Shown here: in pieces, positions 29,339-39,339 of the stretch
Position numbering within the stretch: the stretch's first letter is position 1
Layout of the letters: each line of letters starts with the position of its first letter
Assembly (NCBI GenBank): GCA_044224725.1
Contig: JBGAJW010000016.1
Coordinates: 7,055 to 71,054, forward strand
Direction: 5' to 3'
Length of the DNA stretch: 64,000 nt
Origin: Flavobacteriales bacterium
GTDB taxonomy: Bacteria > Bacteroidota > Bacteroidia > Flavobacteriales_F > PHOS-HE28
Made by a program: the position numbers and the translations under genes
The notes under the pieces: generated by a model
What the model saw: the letters and a program-made list of their open reading frames with translations, nothing else
Database searches by the model: none
Told to the model about the DNA's origin: nothing

Positions 29339-29447
29339 GCGGACGGGTGATGAGCACCGGTATCAACGTGTTTCCGGCGCGATCGGTATGGACAAAGAAA
29401 CCGCTTGAACGTAACGGTCCCCCACCAAAGGCGGAGGACCGTAGTTG

Positions 29448-29518
29448 AGGTCGCGTGCGGATTCGAACCGCAGTAGCAGCTTTTGCAGAGCTGTGCCTAG
29501 CCACTCGGCCACGCGACC
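29448..29518 (-). tRNA. tRNA-Cys (anticodon GCA)
   Basis: The reverse complement gives GGTCGCGTGGCCGAGTGGCTAGGCACAGCTCTGCAAAAGCTGCTACTGCGGTTCGAATCCGCACGCGACC(T). It has a 7-bp acceptor stem, an anticodon stem CAGCT/AGCTG with loop CTGCAAA (anticodon GCA), and T-arm TGCGG-TTCGAAT-CCGCA. No CCA is encoded. Confidence 0.85.
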
Positions 29519-29587
29519 TTGAGCGGGCGGCGAAGATAGGCGAAGGGTAATCGATCGGCGGATGCGGACAGGATCCCCGGCCAGGAT

Positions 29588-29953
29588 TCACCCTCGGCCC
29601 TCGATCTCGTAGACCACATGGTCCAACGCGCCGCCCACGGGCGGGTGCTCTTTGGTGAGCCTTACACGCCAATGGAACTCGCCGGGCCACGTGGCTTTCA
29701 AGTGGTTCATGATGCGGCGTGCCACCTGTTCGATCAACGCGCTGCGCTGCGCCATCTGACCCAGTACGATCGCGGTCACCCGGCCATAATCGATGGTATC
29801 CTGGAGGTCGTCGCTGTTCTCCGCGTCGGAGAAATCACCCTCCACCCGCACATCCACACGGTAATGCCCCCCGATGCGCGCTTCCTCCTGCAGGCAGCCG
29901 TGGTATCCGAACGACCGGATCCCGTTCACCTCGATCACGCCCATGATGCGCAT
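29588..29953 (-). CDS. folB: Dihydroneopterin aldolase
   Basis: GVIEVNGIRSFGYHGCLQEEARIGGHYRVDVRV ... DTIDYGRVTAIV ... the FolB motif pattern (GxHGxxxxExxxGQ) is present. Length 118-121 aa. Confidence 0.85.
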   Translation of the reverse strand: MRIMGVIEVNGIRSFGYHGCLQEEARIGGHYRVDVRVEGDFSDAENSDDLQDTIDYGRVTAIVLGQMAQRSALIEQVARRIMNHLKATWPGEFHWRVRLTKEHPPVGGALDHVVYEIEGRG

Positions 29954-31470
29954 AGATCGAGCCCTGCCTTCAAGCGGGCGATGACCTCTTCCTTGCCCAA
30001 CAGTGCGCTCACGTCGAACATGCCCGGACCCTGCATGCGGCCGGCCACGAACAAGCGGTACACGGGCATCACCTGGCCCACCTTCATCGCTTTCGCTTGG
30101 AGCACTTGGTTGAAAGTGGCTTCAAGGTCTGACGGTCCGGGAGTTTGAAGGACCGAAAGCGCGCCGATGTAGGCTTCGATGGCTTGGGCGGTTTCGGGTT
30201 TCCAGCGCTTCTTCAGCTCCTCGTTCGCGGCCTCGTTGCCGGTGAGCGGGGAGCCCTTGGTGAAGAGATAGGTTCCCTCAAGCATGTCGTCGACGAAGGT
30301 GGCCCGCTCCTTCAACAAAGCGGCGGCGCGGGTGGCCCGGTCCAAGGAGGTCTCGATGCCCTTGTCCTTCAACCGGGCCATCAGTTTGGCCCCCAGTTCC
30401 TCATCGGGCCGCATACGCAGGTATTGCTGGTTGAACCACTTGGTCTTCTCCGGATCGAACTTGGCACCGCCCTTATGCACCCGCTCGAGGTCGAACAGCT
30501 GGGTGAGTTCCCCGATACTCATGATCTCCTGGTCCGTACCGGGGTTCCAGCCCAGCAGTGCGAGCATATTGATGAACGCTTCCGGGTAGTAACCCCGCTC
30601 GCGATAACCGCTGCTCTTTTCCTTGCTGACGGGGTCGACCCAATCCAATGAAAAGACCGGAAAACCGAGGCGATCACCATCGCGTTTGCTGAGTTTGCCA
30701 TTGCCATCGGGCTTCAAGATCAACGGCAGGTGCGCGAACGCCGGACGCTCCCAACCGAAGGCTTCGTAGATCAGCACATGCAATGGGGCGCTGGGCAGCC
30801 ATTCTTCCCCCCTGATCACATGCGTGATGCGCATCAGGTGGTCATCCACGATGTTGGCCAAGTGGTAGGTGGGCATGCCGTCGCTCTTGAACAGCACCTT
30901 ATCGTCGATGTTGGCGCTGTGCACCACCACCCACCCGCGGATGATGTCCTCGAAGCGCACTTCCGCATGGCGGGGCACCTTCAACCGCACCACGTACTGG
31001 TCCCCACGCTCCAAGCGCTCCTTCACCTCGTCCGCGCTCAAAGTGAGCGAGTTCTTCATGTGCTCGCGCGTGACCGCGTTGTAGGCCGGGGCGGCAACCC
31101 CCGCGGCCTGCAGCCGGGCCCGCATCGCCTCGAGTTCTTCCGGCGTGTCGAACGCGTAGTAGGCCTTGTCCTTCGCTATCAATTCATCAGCGTACTGCTT
31201 GTACAGCGGCTTGCGGTCGCTTTGGCGATACGGTCCATCAGGACCGCCCAACCATGGGCTTTCATCGGGTACCAGACCACACCACTCCAAGCTCTCCTTG
31301 ATGTACTGCTCGGCCCCCGGTACGTAGCGCGCCTGGTCGGTATCCTCGATGCGCAGCAGGAACTGCCCGCCGTGCTTGCGGGCGAAGAGGTAGTTGTAGA
31401 GGGCAGTGCGCACACCGCCCATGTGCAAGGGGCCGGTGGGGCTGGGGGCGAAGCGGACGCGAACGCTCAT
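29935..31470 (-). CDS. gltX: Glutamate--tRNA ligase. The ORF extends upstream to 31614, but the conserved N-terminus begins at M 31470.
   Basis: RFAPSPTGPLHMGGVRTALYNYLFAR with the HIGH-type motif. A KMSKS-like LSKR is present (GNGKLSKRDG). The length of about 512 aa matches GltX. Confidence 0.9.
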   Translation of the reverse strand: MSVRVRFAPSPTGPLHMGGVRTALYNYLFARKHGGQFLLRIEDTDQARYVPGAEQYIKESLEWCGLVPDESPWLGGPDGPYRQSDRKPLYKQYADELIAKDKAYYAFDTPEELEAMRARLQAAGVAAPAYNAVTREHMKNSLTLSADEVKERLERGDQYVVRLKVPRHAEVRFEDIIRGWVVVHSANIDDKVLFKSDGMPTYHLANIVDDHLMRITHVIRGEEWLPSAPLHVLIYEAFGWERPAFAHLPLILKPDGNGKLSKRDGDRLGFPVFSLDWVDPVSKEKSSGYRERGYYPEAFINMLALLGWNPGTDQEIMSIGELTQLFDLERVHKGGAKFDPEKTKWFNQQYLRMRPDEELGAKLMARLKDKGIETSLDRATRAAALLKERATFVDDMLEGTYLFTKGSPLTGNEAANEELKKRWKPETAQAIEAYIGALSVLQTPGPSDLEATFNQVLQAKAMKVGQVMPVYRLFVAGRMQGPGMFDVSALLGKEEVIARLKAGLDLCASWA

Positions 31471-31693
31471 GTGCTCAAGGGATAGGTAACCGTTCGAACG
31501 GCCTTCAAAAGGGCGGCGAAAATAGGTTGGGGCTTCCGGGAACGACCGGTCAACCCGCCGTACAGGGCTGTGTTGTGGAACAACGATCCAACACCAGACC
31601 CTCGCCCCCTCCACCGCTTGTCAACAAATTCGTCGAATATTTCACGGCATTCATCGAAATCGTTCTGACATTTGTGACCTCAATCATTCGCCC

Positions 31694-32233
31694 ATGAAGC
31701 TCCAACAACTCCTTTCAGCGGCGGTGTTCGTCCTCTCCTCAGCCGGCCTGAGCGCCCAGTGCAGCGAGGTTCCTTTGGTCGACAAGGAACTCTTCGACCT
31801 GTTGCGCAAGCAGCCCACGCTCTCCGCCACTCATGCTTCATCGCGCATCGACGTGGTGAACGACCGATTTGAACCCTGTACCCGGCGAAAGGACGCGCGC
31901 TACGTCCGCACGATCACCCCCACGGCGCATGGCTATTCTGTGCGGGTGCAGACCCCCCACGGGTTCACCCTGATGACCGGCATGTTCGCTGACGCCGATG
32001 CCAACGTGCCCCATGGCGATTTCCGCTACTACGATGATGCCGGTACCCTGCGCGCCGAAGGCCGGTATGTGGACGGCCTGAAGATGGGTGTCTGGCACCG
32101 GTACGACGACCGCGGCCAGGCCTTGTTGGACAAGGAATACGATGGCCTGGATTGGGAGGGAAAGCAGTTGAAACTCGGACTGGCCAGCCAATGCTGCTAC
32201 CTCGGTGATATGGCCGAGGAGCGCGAACAGTAG
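31694..32233 (+). CDS. Secreted MORN-repeat-variant / YwqK-like protein
   Basis: Signal peptide (VFVLSSAGLSAQC). MORN-variant-like repeats follow (GDFRYYDDAGTLRAEGRYVDGLKMGVWHRYDDRGQALLDKEYDG). Confidence 0.4.
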   Translation: MKLQQLLSAAVFVLSSAGLSAQCSEVPLVDKELFDLLRKQPTLSATHASSRIDVVNDRFEPCTRRKDARYVRTITPTAHGYSVRVQTPHGFTLMTGMFADADANVPHGDFRYYDDAGTLRAEGRYVDGLKMGVWHRYDDRGQALLDKEYDGLDWEGKQLKLGLASQCCYLGDMAEEREQ

Positions 32234-32328
32234 CCCCAAAGCCACACGAAAGAGAGCGGGTCATGAACGGCCCGCTCTCCTTCGTTTTTCGGCCACTCCT
32301 CTCATGGGGGAGCGCAAGAAAGAAGTGC

Positions 32329-32658
32329 TCAACGCAACTGTACCCCTTTCAGCAGCAAGCGTTGCCAAGAGGGGTTCTGGCGCAGATAATCCTTCACCTT
32401 CGGGCAAAGGGGGATCAACTTCAGGTTGTTGGCCTCCACATGACTCAAGGTCTTTTCCGTGAGCACGCGGTGCGCATCACCGGTGGCCAATTGTTTGGGC
32501 ACGTCCGTCCGGGTGAGGAATATCCGATCGCCCTGGTGGTCGTATTCGATGCGGGCCCGCTGATCGCCCACTTTCAGCACGAACTGGCGCGTGGCCTTTT
32601 CGTCCGTCAGTGTCAACTCGCTAAGGTCCGTGACTGCGGGGGTAATGGTTTTCGCCAT
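32329..32658 (-). CDS. Small GNAT-like N-acetyltransferase (about 109 aa, YjdJ/PF14542-like). The ORF extends upstream to 32751.
   Basis: IEYDHQGDRIFLTRTDVPKQLATGDAHRVLTEKTLSHVEANNLKLIPLCPKV resembles the single-domain GNAT_acetyltran_2 family. Confidence 0.4.
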   Translation of the reverse strand: MAKTITPAVTDLSELTLTDEKATRQFVLKVGDQRARIEYDHQGDRIFLTRTDVPKQLATGDAHRVLTEKTLSHVEANNLKLIPLCPKVKDYLRQNPSWQRLLLKGVQLR

Positions 32659-32943
32659 GGTGAGGAGGGCCGCAAAGATAACCTTACGGACGCGCACTGG
32701 TCGCATACCGGTCCCGTCTCGGCCGCAGTCCCTTCCATCGAGTGCGCACAATGAACCAGTTCAATGGCGGCCCTGCGCCCCCATCGGACTTTTGTGCCCG
32801 ACACGTGGATCCCCATGGACCGCAAAAGCCAGATGGGCACAGGTGCAGCAGCCGTTACCGGAATTACGCTCGCCGATCAGCGGACCAACGATTTGCCAGT
32901 AGTGGTGTGCTTCAACCATTTGCCCTCGGAAAACCCGAAGATC

Positions 32944-33669
32944 ATGGCCAACACCGTCCTCCATAAAGCCGCTACCCGCGGCCACGCCGATCATGGCTGG
33001 TTGAACAGCCACCACACCTTCAGCTTCGCGAACTACTATGACCCGGAGCGTATGCACTTCGGCGTGCTCCGCGTGCTGAACGACGATACCGTGGCCCCCG
33101 GCATGGGCTTCGGCACGCATCCGCATGACAACATGGAGATCATCTCCATTCCGCTGGAAGGCGATCTGGAGCACAAGGACAGCATGGGCAACACCGCGGT
33201 GATCCGCAACGGGGACGTGCAGGTGATGAGCGCCGGCACGGGCATCCGCCACAGCGAGTACAACCGCAACAAGGAACAACTGGTGAAGTTCCTGCAGATC
33301 TGGGTCTTCCCGAACAAGCGGGATGTGGCACCACGCTACGACCAGATCACATTGGACGCGGCCAAGCGGCACAACAACCTCCAACAGATCCTGTCGCCCA
33401 ACCCCGAGGATGAGGGCGTGTGGATCCACCAGAACGCGTGGTTCCACTTGGGCACCTTCGACAAGGACTTCGCCACGACCTACGAGCTGAAAGACAAGCG
33501 TAACGGGGTGTACGTGTTCGTCCTCAGTGGGGACCTTACGGTGAACGGCATCCCACTGAACCAACGCGATGGATTGGGTGTTCAGGAGGCGCCTTCCTTG
33601 AACCTGAAGGCGGACAGCCAAGGTGCCGAAGTGCTGCTGATGGAAGTGCCGATGACCATTGAACAATGA
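32944..33669 (+). CDS. Pirin family protein (bicupin). The ORF is open from 32764.
   Basis: GHADHGWLNSHHTFSFANYYDPERMHFGVLRVLNDDTVAPGMGFGTHPHDNMEIISIPLEGDLEHKDSMGN is the classic pirin N-terminal cupin with its metal-binding His residues. Confidence 0.9.
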   Translation: MANTVLHKAATRGHADHGWLNSHHTFSFANYYDPERMHFGVLRVLNDDTVAPGMGFGTHPHDNMEIISIPLEGDLEHKDSMGNTAVIRNGDVQVMSAGTGIRHSEYNRNKEQLVKFLQIWVFPNKRDVAPRYDQITLDAAKRHNNLQQILSPNPEDEGVWIHQNAWFHLGTFDKDFATTYELKDKRNGVYVFVLSGDLTVNGIPLNQRDGLGVQEAPSLNLKADSQGAEVLLMEVPMTIEQ

Positions 33670-34268
33670 CCGAACTGACCACCATTGACACCCGAACGCT
33701 GAAGGAGGCGCATACCGCGCAACCCGTGCATCCGCTGATCCGTGGGCGGTTCAGCGCACGCGCCTTCAGCCCCGAGCAGCTCTCTGACGCTGAGCTCCTC
33801 ACCCTCTTGGAGGCGGCGGCTTGGGCACCCAGCGCAATGAACGAACAGCCTTGGCGGTATCGCTATGCGCTCCGGGGGACCGCGTGGTTCGATACCCTTT
33901 GGAACTGCCTGAACTCCGGCAACCAGCCGTGGACGAGGGATGCCGCCGCATTGGTGGTCTGTTCGGTGATGACGAAACTCGAACGCAACGGCCAACCGAA
34001 CCACAGCCGCCACCACGACCTCGGCCTCGCCAACGCACAGCTGCTACTGCAGGCCACGAGCATGGGCATCTATGGCCACCTCATGGGCGGTTTCGACCAT
34101 GAGAAGGCCGACCGCGAACTCGGTATCGACGCCGAACAGGAGGAGGTGGTTTGCCTGCTAGCCATCGGCCGCCTCGGAACGCCGGATAGCCTCATTGAGC
34201 CCTTCAAGACCCGCGAACTGACCCCGCGCACCAGGCGTCCCCTTGCAGGCACGGTACAGCGGCTCTGA
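33666..34268 (+). CDS. Nitroreductase family protein
   Basis: RFSARAFSPEQLSDAELLTLLEAAAWAPSAMNEQPWRY ... NAQLLLQATSMGIYGHLMGGFD matches nitroreductase-fold FMN oxidoreductases. There is an ATGA overlap with the pirin gene. Confidence 0.8.
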   Translation: MTELTTIDTRTLKEAHTAQPVHPLIRGRFSARAFSPEQLSDAELLTLLEAAAWAPSAMNEQPWRYRYALRGTAWFDTLWNCLNSGNQPWTRDAAALVVCSVMTKLERNGQPNHSRHHDLGLANAQLLLQATSMGIYGHLMGGFDHEKADRELGIDAEQEEVVCLLAIGRLGTPDSLIEPFKTRELTPRTRRPLAGTVQRL

Positions 34269-34348
34269 GCTTGCTCCGTTCGGAGGCTGGAATTGACCGG
34301 CGGCATCAGCGGCTGCCAAGGATCACAGCTGCTGAGTAAGCTTGTACC

Positions 34349-35503
34349 ATGAGGCCATTCCTGTTCGTACTCGGCGTCCTGGTCCTGCTGGTGCCCGAGA
34401 TCCTGCGGGTCTACTACATCATGCCCTTCCCCGGCAGCCAGGAGGACATGCCCACGGATCTGCGGCAAGTGGACATCGCCTACTGGCTGCACACCAATAT
34501 CTGGTGGGTGCGGTTCATCGGTCTTGCGCTGATCATCGGGCCGTTCATCCACTACCTGCGTACCGGCAACTGGAGGAAGCGGATAGCCGTGCTGTTACCT
34601 GTTACGCTCTGCGCGGTGGTGTTCTACGCGTTCAACTTCAAGTTCATGGCGGACAAGATGTTCTACCCGCCGAAGGTGAAGAACCTCGCCCCCGTCCCCT
34701 CTCCCGAGGAGAGGGGGGCCCTGCCCGATAGCGTCGCGAACCACTTGGTGATCGCCGTGGAACGCAATGGCGATGCGCGCGCTTATCCGATCGAACTCAT
34801 CGGCTACCACCACCAAGTGCTCGATACCATCGGTGGTGAACCAGTTCTGGTGACCTATTGCACCGTGTGCCGAACAGGCCGCGCTTGGAAGCCGGAAGTG
34901 AAGGGCCAACCGGAAACCTTCCGGCTTGTGGGTATGGACCATTTCAACGCCATGTTCGAGGACAGCCGCACGGGATCCTGGTGGCGTCAGGTGAACGGCG
35001 AGTGCATCGAGGGGCCATTGAAAGGACAACAACTCGAAGAAGTGCCGAGCCAACAGATGACGCTCGGTGAGTTCGCTTCGCGTCATCCGAAGGGGCTGGT
35101 GTTCCAACCGGACAGCAACTTCACCCAAGAGTACGCGGGGCTGAAGGGCTTCGATGATGGAACGATCGAATCTTCTCTCGAATACCGCGACACGGCAAGC
35201 TGGCAACCCAAGAGTTGGGTTGTCGGCGTGGTCCTCGATGGGCATGAGAGAGCGTATGATTGGAACTATCTCTCACGGAACGAGGTCATAAACGACACTT
35301 TAGGTGGTCAGTGCATCAAGTTGTCGACCGACTCTGCCACGGGATTCGATGGTCTGGTTGTGTTCTCGGAGGTATCCGACAGAGCAGATGGCTCGGGGAG
35401 AGATTCTACCTACGTTGAAATGAACATTCCTGCCTACCAGGAGTTCTGGCACAGCTGGCGCACCTTCCACCCGAACACCACGCGGTACGAGCCGAAGCGC
35501 TGA
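34349..35503 (+). CDS. DUF3179 domain protein with an N-terminal multi-TM region
   Basis: Three or four N-terminal TM helices. The DUF3179 core carries the VLVTYCTVCRTGRAW (CxxC) motif. A 21-nt palindromic element lies in-frame in this gene. Confidence 0.55.
   Translation: MRPFLFVLGVLVLLVPEILRVYYIMPFPGSQEDMPTDLRQVDIAYWLHTNIWWVRFIGLALIIGPFIHYLRTGNWRKRIAVLLPVTLCAVVFYAFNFKFMADKMFYPPKVKNLAPVPSPEERGALPDSVANHLVIAVERNGDARAYPIELIGYHHQVLDTIGGEPVLVTYCTVCRTGRAWKPEVKGQPETFRLVGMDHFNAMFEDSRTGSWWRQVNGECIEGPLKGQQLEEVPSQQMTLGEFASRHPKGLVFQPDSNFTQEYAGLKGFDDGTIESSLEYRDTASWQPKSWVVGVVLDGHERAYDWNYLSRNEVINDTLGGQCIKLSTDSATGFDGLVVFSEVSDRADGSGRDSTYVEMNIPAYQEFWHSWRTFHPNTTRYEPKR
34696..34716. repeat. Second identical copy of the 21-nt palindrome cccctctcccgaggagagggg, lying in-frame inside the DUF3179 coding sequence (it encodes PSPEERG)
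   Basis: Exact 21/21 match to 22998..23018, in a different context (intergenic versus coding). Confidence 0.6.
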
Positions 35504-35539
35504 TGCACTCATCACCGCATCTTCACATCCGCTCATTCC

Positions 35540-36007
35540 ATGGCCCACGACCCCCTCTTCGAACAGCGCATCGCCGACGCCCTGAAAGCCCAAGGTGCCA
35601 AGCCCGAGCACAAGAAGATGTTCGGGGGTGTGGCCTTCATGGTGAACGGCAACATGTCCGTCGGTATCACGAACAAGGGCGACTTCATGGCGCGCTTCGA
35701 CGGCGAGCGGCACGAGGAGATCCTTCAATGGCCGGGTGCAAAGCCCATGACCTTCGGGCACAAGAGCATGAAGGGCTTCCTCTTCGTGGATGCTGAGGCC
35801 GTGGAAAGCAGGGCCGCCTTGGACAAATGGGTGAAACTGTCCTTGGCCTATGTGAACGGGCTGCCCATGAAGGCGAACAAGGCTTCTGCCGCTTCGACAG
35901 CCAAGAAGCCCGCGAGCACGGTAAAGAAGAAGGTTGCCCCTGCCAACCCCGGTTCAAAGACCGGGGCAAGGCCCGGCAACAACCCTCGGAAGAAAAAGCC
36001 CGTATGA
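35540..36007 (+). CDS. TfoX/Sxy N-terminal-domain family protein with a Lys/Ala/Pro-rich C-terminal tail
   Basis: LFEQRIADALKAQGAKPEHKKMFGGVAFMVNGNMSVGITNKGDFMARFD matches the TfoX_N pattern. Confidence 0.6.
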   Translation: MAHDPLFEQRIADALKAQGAKPEHKKMFGGVAFMVNGNMSVGITNKGDFMARFDGERHEEILQWPGAKPMTFGHKSMKGFLFVDAEAVESRAALDKWVKLSLAYVNGLPMKANKASAASTAKKPASTVKKKVAPANPGSKTGARPGNNPRKKKPV

Positions 36008-36037
36008 GCGGCCCGGCCACATAACGGCCGTCCTATC

Positions 36038-36667
36038 ATGAGCGCACTCGCACAACTCGCTACCTCCTTGGGCCGTGCCGATGAACAGCCCAACATCGCG
36101 CTCGCTGAGCGTATCGTGCTGGACAAGGACGTGCCCGCCGTGCGTGAGCTGGTGGAGATCCTGAACGGCAAGGACAAAGCCCTGAAGAGCGACGCGTTGA
36201 AGGCGCTCTACGAGGTCGGCTACCGTTCGCCCGAGCTCATCGCCCCGTTCATCGCGCAATTCAAGAACTTGCTGGCGAACCCGGACAACAGATTGGTCTG
36301 GGGTGCCATGTGCGCCATCGATGGCATCGCCACGATCAAGCCGGATGCGGTGTACATGATCCTTCCACAGATCATGGCGGCCGTGGACCGCGGCACGGTG
36401 ATCACGCGCGACCATGCCGTGAAGACCCTCGCCAAGCTCGCCGCACAAGAGCGCTTCGCACGCACGGCCATGCCACTGCTGCTGGAACAATTGCGTACCG
36501 CGCCGTTGAACCAATTACCGATGTACGCTGAACTCGCCTCAGCCGTCGTGCTGCCACAGGACACCGCCACGATGCGTGCGATCCTGGAAACACGCCTGCC
36601 TGAATTGCCCAATGAGGCGAAGAAGAAGCGCGTGGAGAAAGCGTTGCGGAAGTTGCGCGCAGCATAG
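36038..36667 (+). CDS. Hypothetical HEAT/armadillo-like helical repeat protein (209 aa)
   Basis: All-alpha composition with repeated LxxLxxxL helices. It may be DNA-alkylation-repair (AlkD)-like, but that is not established. Confidence 0.35.
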   Translation: MSALAQLATSLGRADEQPNIALAERIVLDKDVPAVRELVEILNGKDKALKSDALKALYEVGYRSPELIAPFIAQFKNLLANPDNRLVWGAMCAIDGIATIKPDAVYMILPQIMAAVDRGTVITRDHAVKTLAKLAAQERFARTAMPLLLEQLRTAPLNQLPMYAELASAVVLPQDTATMRAILETRLPELPNEAKKKRVEKALRKLRAA

Positions 36668-36756
36668 GCTCGACGGTACGCAGACCGCGCCAATACCACA
36701 GATACGCCGCTGACCTGAACGCCGGTGGTGGGCGTCTGCCCTCCACTTCCATTGCT

Positions 36757-39339
36757 GTGCCGCATCTTCACGGCATGGAAGGTCTCGTGTTCCTGCTCGC
36801 GCTGGTGCCCATCGCACTGCTCGTTCTGCTGATCATCAACATCAGCAAGATGAACGGGCTGCGCGAAGAAGTGCGCCTGATGCGCCTGCAGATGCAGGAG
36901 CTGATGAAGTCCTTGGCCCAACGGCCCGCTGGCCCTCCGCCGCCTGCGAAGGAGGCGTCTCCTGTTCAGGCTCCTCCTGCCCCAACGCCACAGACAACCG
37001 TTGTTGTTCCGCCCCCAACTCCTGTCCCTTCGAGCGAAGCCGAAAAACCTCCTCCTCCGGCACCGCCACCGGTCGTCATCGTCCCACCCCTTCGCACCGA
37101 GCCGCTCCATGCTTTGCGCGAAGAGTTGCGTGAACAACAGTCAGCGGCGGCCCACAAACCGACCGCTGTTCCGGAGAGGGTCATCATCGCGCCGCCGCCA
37201 CCAAGGCCCCCTCCGCCGCCCGCGCCACCGAAGCCTTCCTTCCTCGACCGCAATCCGGACCTGGAGAAATTCATCGGCGAGAACCTGATCAACAAGATCG
37301 GCATCACCATCCTGGTGCTCGGGTTGGGCTTCCTGCTGAACTGGGCTATTGACAAGGGCTATATCAGCGAGACCGCGCGCACGCTCATCGGTGTCGGTAG
37401 CGGAGGTGCGCTTATCCTCCTTGCCCACCGGTTGCGGGAGAAATTCCGCGCGTTCAGTTCCGTGCTCGTGGGTGGTGGATTGGCGGTGCTGTACTTCACC
37501 ATCGCCTTCGCTTACCGGGTATATGAGATCATTCCGCAAGCGCCGGCCTTCCTGGTCATGGCAGGCATCACGGGGCTCGGGGTTCTGCTCACCTTGGTGT
37601 ACGACCGTCGCGAACTGTCGGTGATAGCGCTGCTCGGCGGTTTCGCGGCCCCGTTCCTGACGAGCCGTGGCGATGGCAACTACGTCGTGCTCTTCAGCTA
37701 TCTGCTCATCCTGAACACGGGCATGCTGGTGCTGGCGAACTACAAGAAGTGGCACCTGATCAACGTGATCGCCTTCCTGCTCACCTCGGCCATTTTCGGT
37801 GGCTGGCTGAGTATGCGCTTCCTCGATCTGGAGCCGCGACCAGTGTGGCCCGCGATGGGCTTCGCGACGGCCTTCTTCCTGGTGTTCTTCATCATGAACC
37901 TGCGTTACAACCTGAAGCACGGCTCACAGTTCGTTGCGCTGGACTTCTCGTTGTTGTTGGCGAATACCGCGGTGTATTTCGCGGCCGGGCTTTCGATACT
38001 CCAGAACGTGAAGCCTTCGCTCGATGGCCTCTTCGTCATCGTGCTCGCTGCTTTCCATCTGGTGTTCGCGTGGATGTTCCACCAGCGCGCCAACGCACCG
38101 AAGCACTTGGTATTCCTGCTGATCGGCCTGGTGCTCACCTTCCTCAGCTTGGCAGGGCCGCTCCAGTTGCACGGTGATCACATCACGCTGTTCTGGGCGG
38201 CGGAGTGCGTGTTGCTCTTGTGGTTCTCGCAGCGCACGGGCATCCGCTTGGTGGAACGCGCGAGCATGCTGGTCGTCGTGCTCATGCTCATCAGCTTGGT
38301 GATGGACCTCGCGAAACACTACGGCGAAGTGCCGTTGATCCGATTGACGCCCTTGGTGAACAAAGCGTGGATCACCGGCATGGTAGCGGCCATCGCGCTC
38401 TTCCTGTACGGCCGACTCTGTACGCTGTTGCCCGCCGATCGCTCCGTTCTTCCGGGGCTCTCACCGAAGCTTCTCCGCAATTCCGCATGGGTGCTCTGCG
38501 CGGCAACGGCCTATGGGGTGAACTTCCTGGAGATCGGCCATCAGCTCGGCTTCATGCTGGGCGCGAATGTGGTCGTCATGGCGCTCGCGGCCTATTCGCT
38601 CGCAGCGTTCGCGGGGATGCACTTCATCGCCCGCACAGCCGGCCGTGCGATGAGCATTGCGGTGCTCGCGCTGCTCACCCTTGGTCTCTTGCACTACATC
38701 ACGGGGTTCTATTCCAACAGCATCCATGCGCTGCTCGATGTGCGCACCAACGCAGGCGGGGATGGCTTCGCGGTGTTCCATATCGCCGCGTTCATCGCCG
38801 CGGTCCTCGCGTTGGTTTGCGTTGTGCGAACGGTGCGAACGATCGTTGCGAAGAACTCACCGGCTTGGACGCTCTACGTGTGGAGCATCTGTGTGTTCCT
38901 GGTGTTCTTCGCCAGCCAAGAGCTTGACCATGCGATGCTGGCCGTTATCGCACCGACCACCTATGATGTGGGAGCGGACAACTGGGCGGAGGGTGCCGAT
39001 CAACGCTACGCGCTCATCGATGCTCTGCACTCGGCGCGAAAAGCGGGCTACCCGATCCTTTGGGGGCTCGGCTCCTTCGTGTTGATGTGGTACGGCATGC
39101 GCATGCGCCAACGCATGGTGCGCGTCATCGCTCTATCGCTCTTCGGCCTCACGCTGTTGAAGCTGTTCATCTACGACCTCAGCGGTATCAGCGAGGGGGG
39201 GAAGGTGGCGGCGTTCATCTGCCTCGGCATCATCCTGCTCGTGGTGAGCTTCATGTACAACAAGCTGAAGCTGCTGTTGAAGGAAGATGCGGGATCAGTG
39301 GACCAGAAGATCAGAGGATCAGAAAATGGACCGGCTTAG
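36757..39339 (+). CDS. DUF2339-like large polytopic membrane protein with an N-terminal Pro-rich linker
   Basis: 860 aa. One N-terminal TM is followed by a low-complexity PPPPAPTP.../PPPPRPPPPPAPPKP segment, then about 20 TM helices. Confidence 0.55.
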   Translation: MPHLHGMEGLVFLLALVPIALLVLLIINISKMNGLREEVRLMRLQMQELMKSLAQRPAGPPPPAKEASPVQAPPAPTPQTTVVVPPPTPVPSSEAEKPPPPAPPPVVIVPPLRTEPLHALREELREQQSAAAHKPTAVPERVIIAPPPPRPPPPPAPPKPSFLDRNPDLEKFIGENLINKIGITILVLGLGFLLNWAIDKGYISETARTLIGVGSGGALILLAHRLREKFRAFSSVLVGGGLAVLYFTIAFAYRVYEIIPQAPAFLVMAGITGLGVLLTLVYDRRELSVIALLGGFAAPFLTSRGDGNYVVLFSYLLILNTGMLVLANYKKWHLINVIAFLLTSAIFGGWLSMRFLDLEPRPVWPAMGFATAFFLVFFIMNLRYNLKHGSQFVALDFSLLLANTAVYFAAGLSILQNVKPSLDGLFVIVLAAFHLVFAWMFHQRANAPKHLVFLLIGLVLTFLSLAGPLQLHGDHITLFWAAECVLLLWFSQRTGIRLVERASMLVVVLMLISLVMDLAKHYGEVPLIRLTPLVNKAWITGMVAAIALFLYGRLCTLLPADRSVLPGLSPKLLRNSAWVLCAATAYGVNFLEIGHQLGFMLGANVVVMALAAYSLAAFAGMHFIARTAGRAMSIAVLALLTLGLLHYITGFYSNSIHALLDVRTNAGGDGFAVFHIAAFIAAVLALVCVVRTVRTIVAKNSPAWTLYVWSICVFLVFFASQELDHAMLAVIAPTTYDVGADNWAEGADQRYALIDALHSARKAGYPILWGLGSFVLMWYGMRMRQRMVRVIALSLFGLTLLKLFIYDLSGISEGGKVAAFICLGIILLVVSFMYNKLKLLLKEDAGSVDQKIRGSENGPA

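Noticed and set aside
29445-29447. CCA end for tRNA-Cys
   Set aside because: The bases after the discriminator read CAA, not CCA, so the CCA is not genomically encoded. The tRNA call itself is retained.
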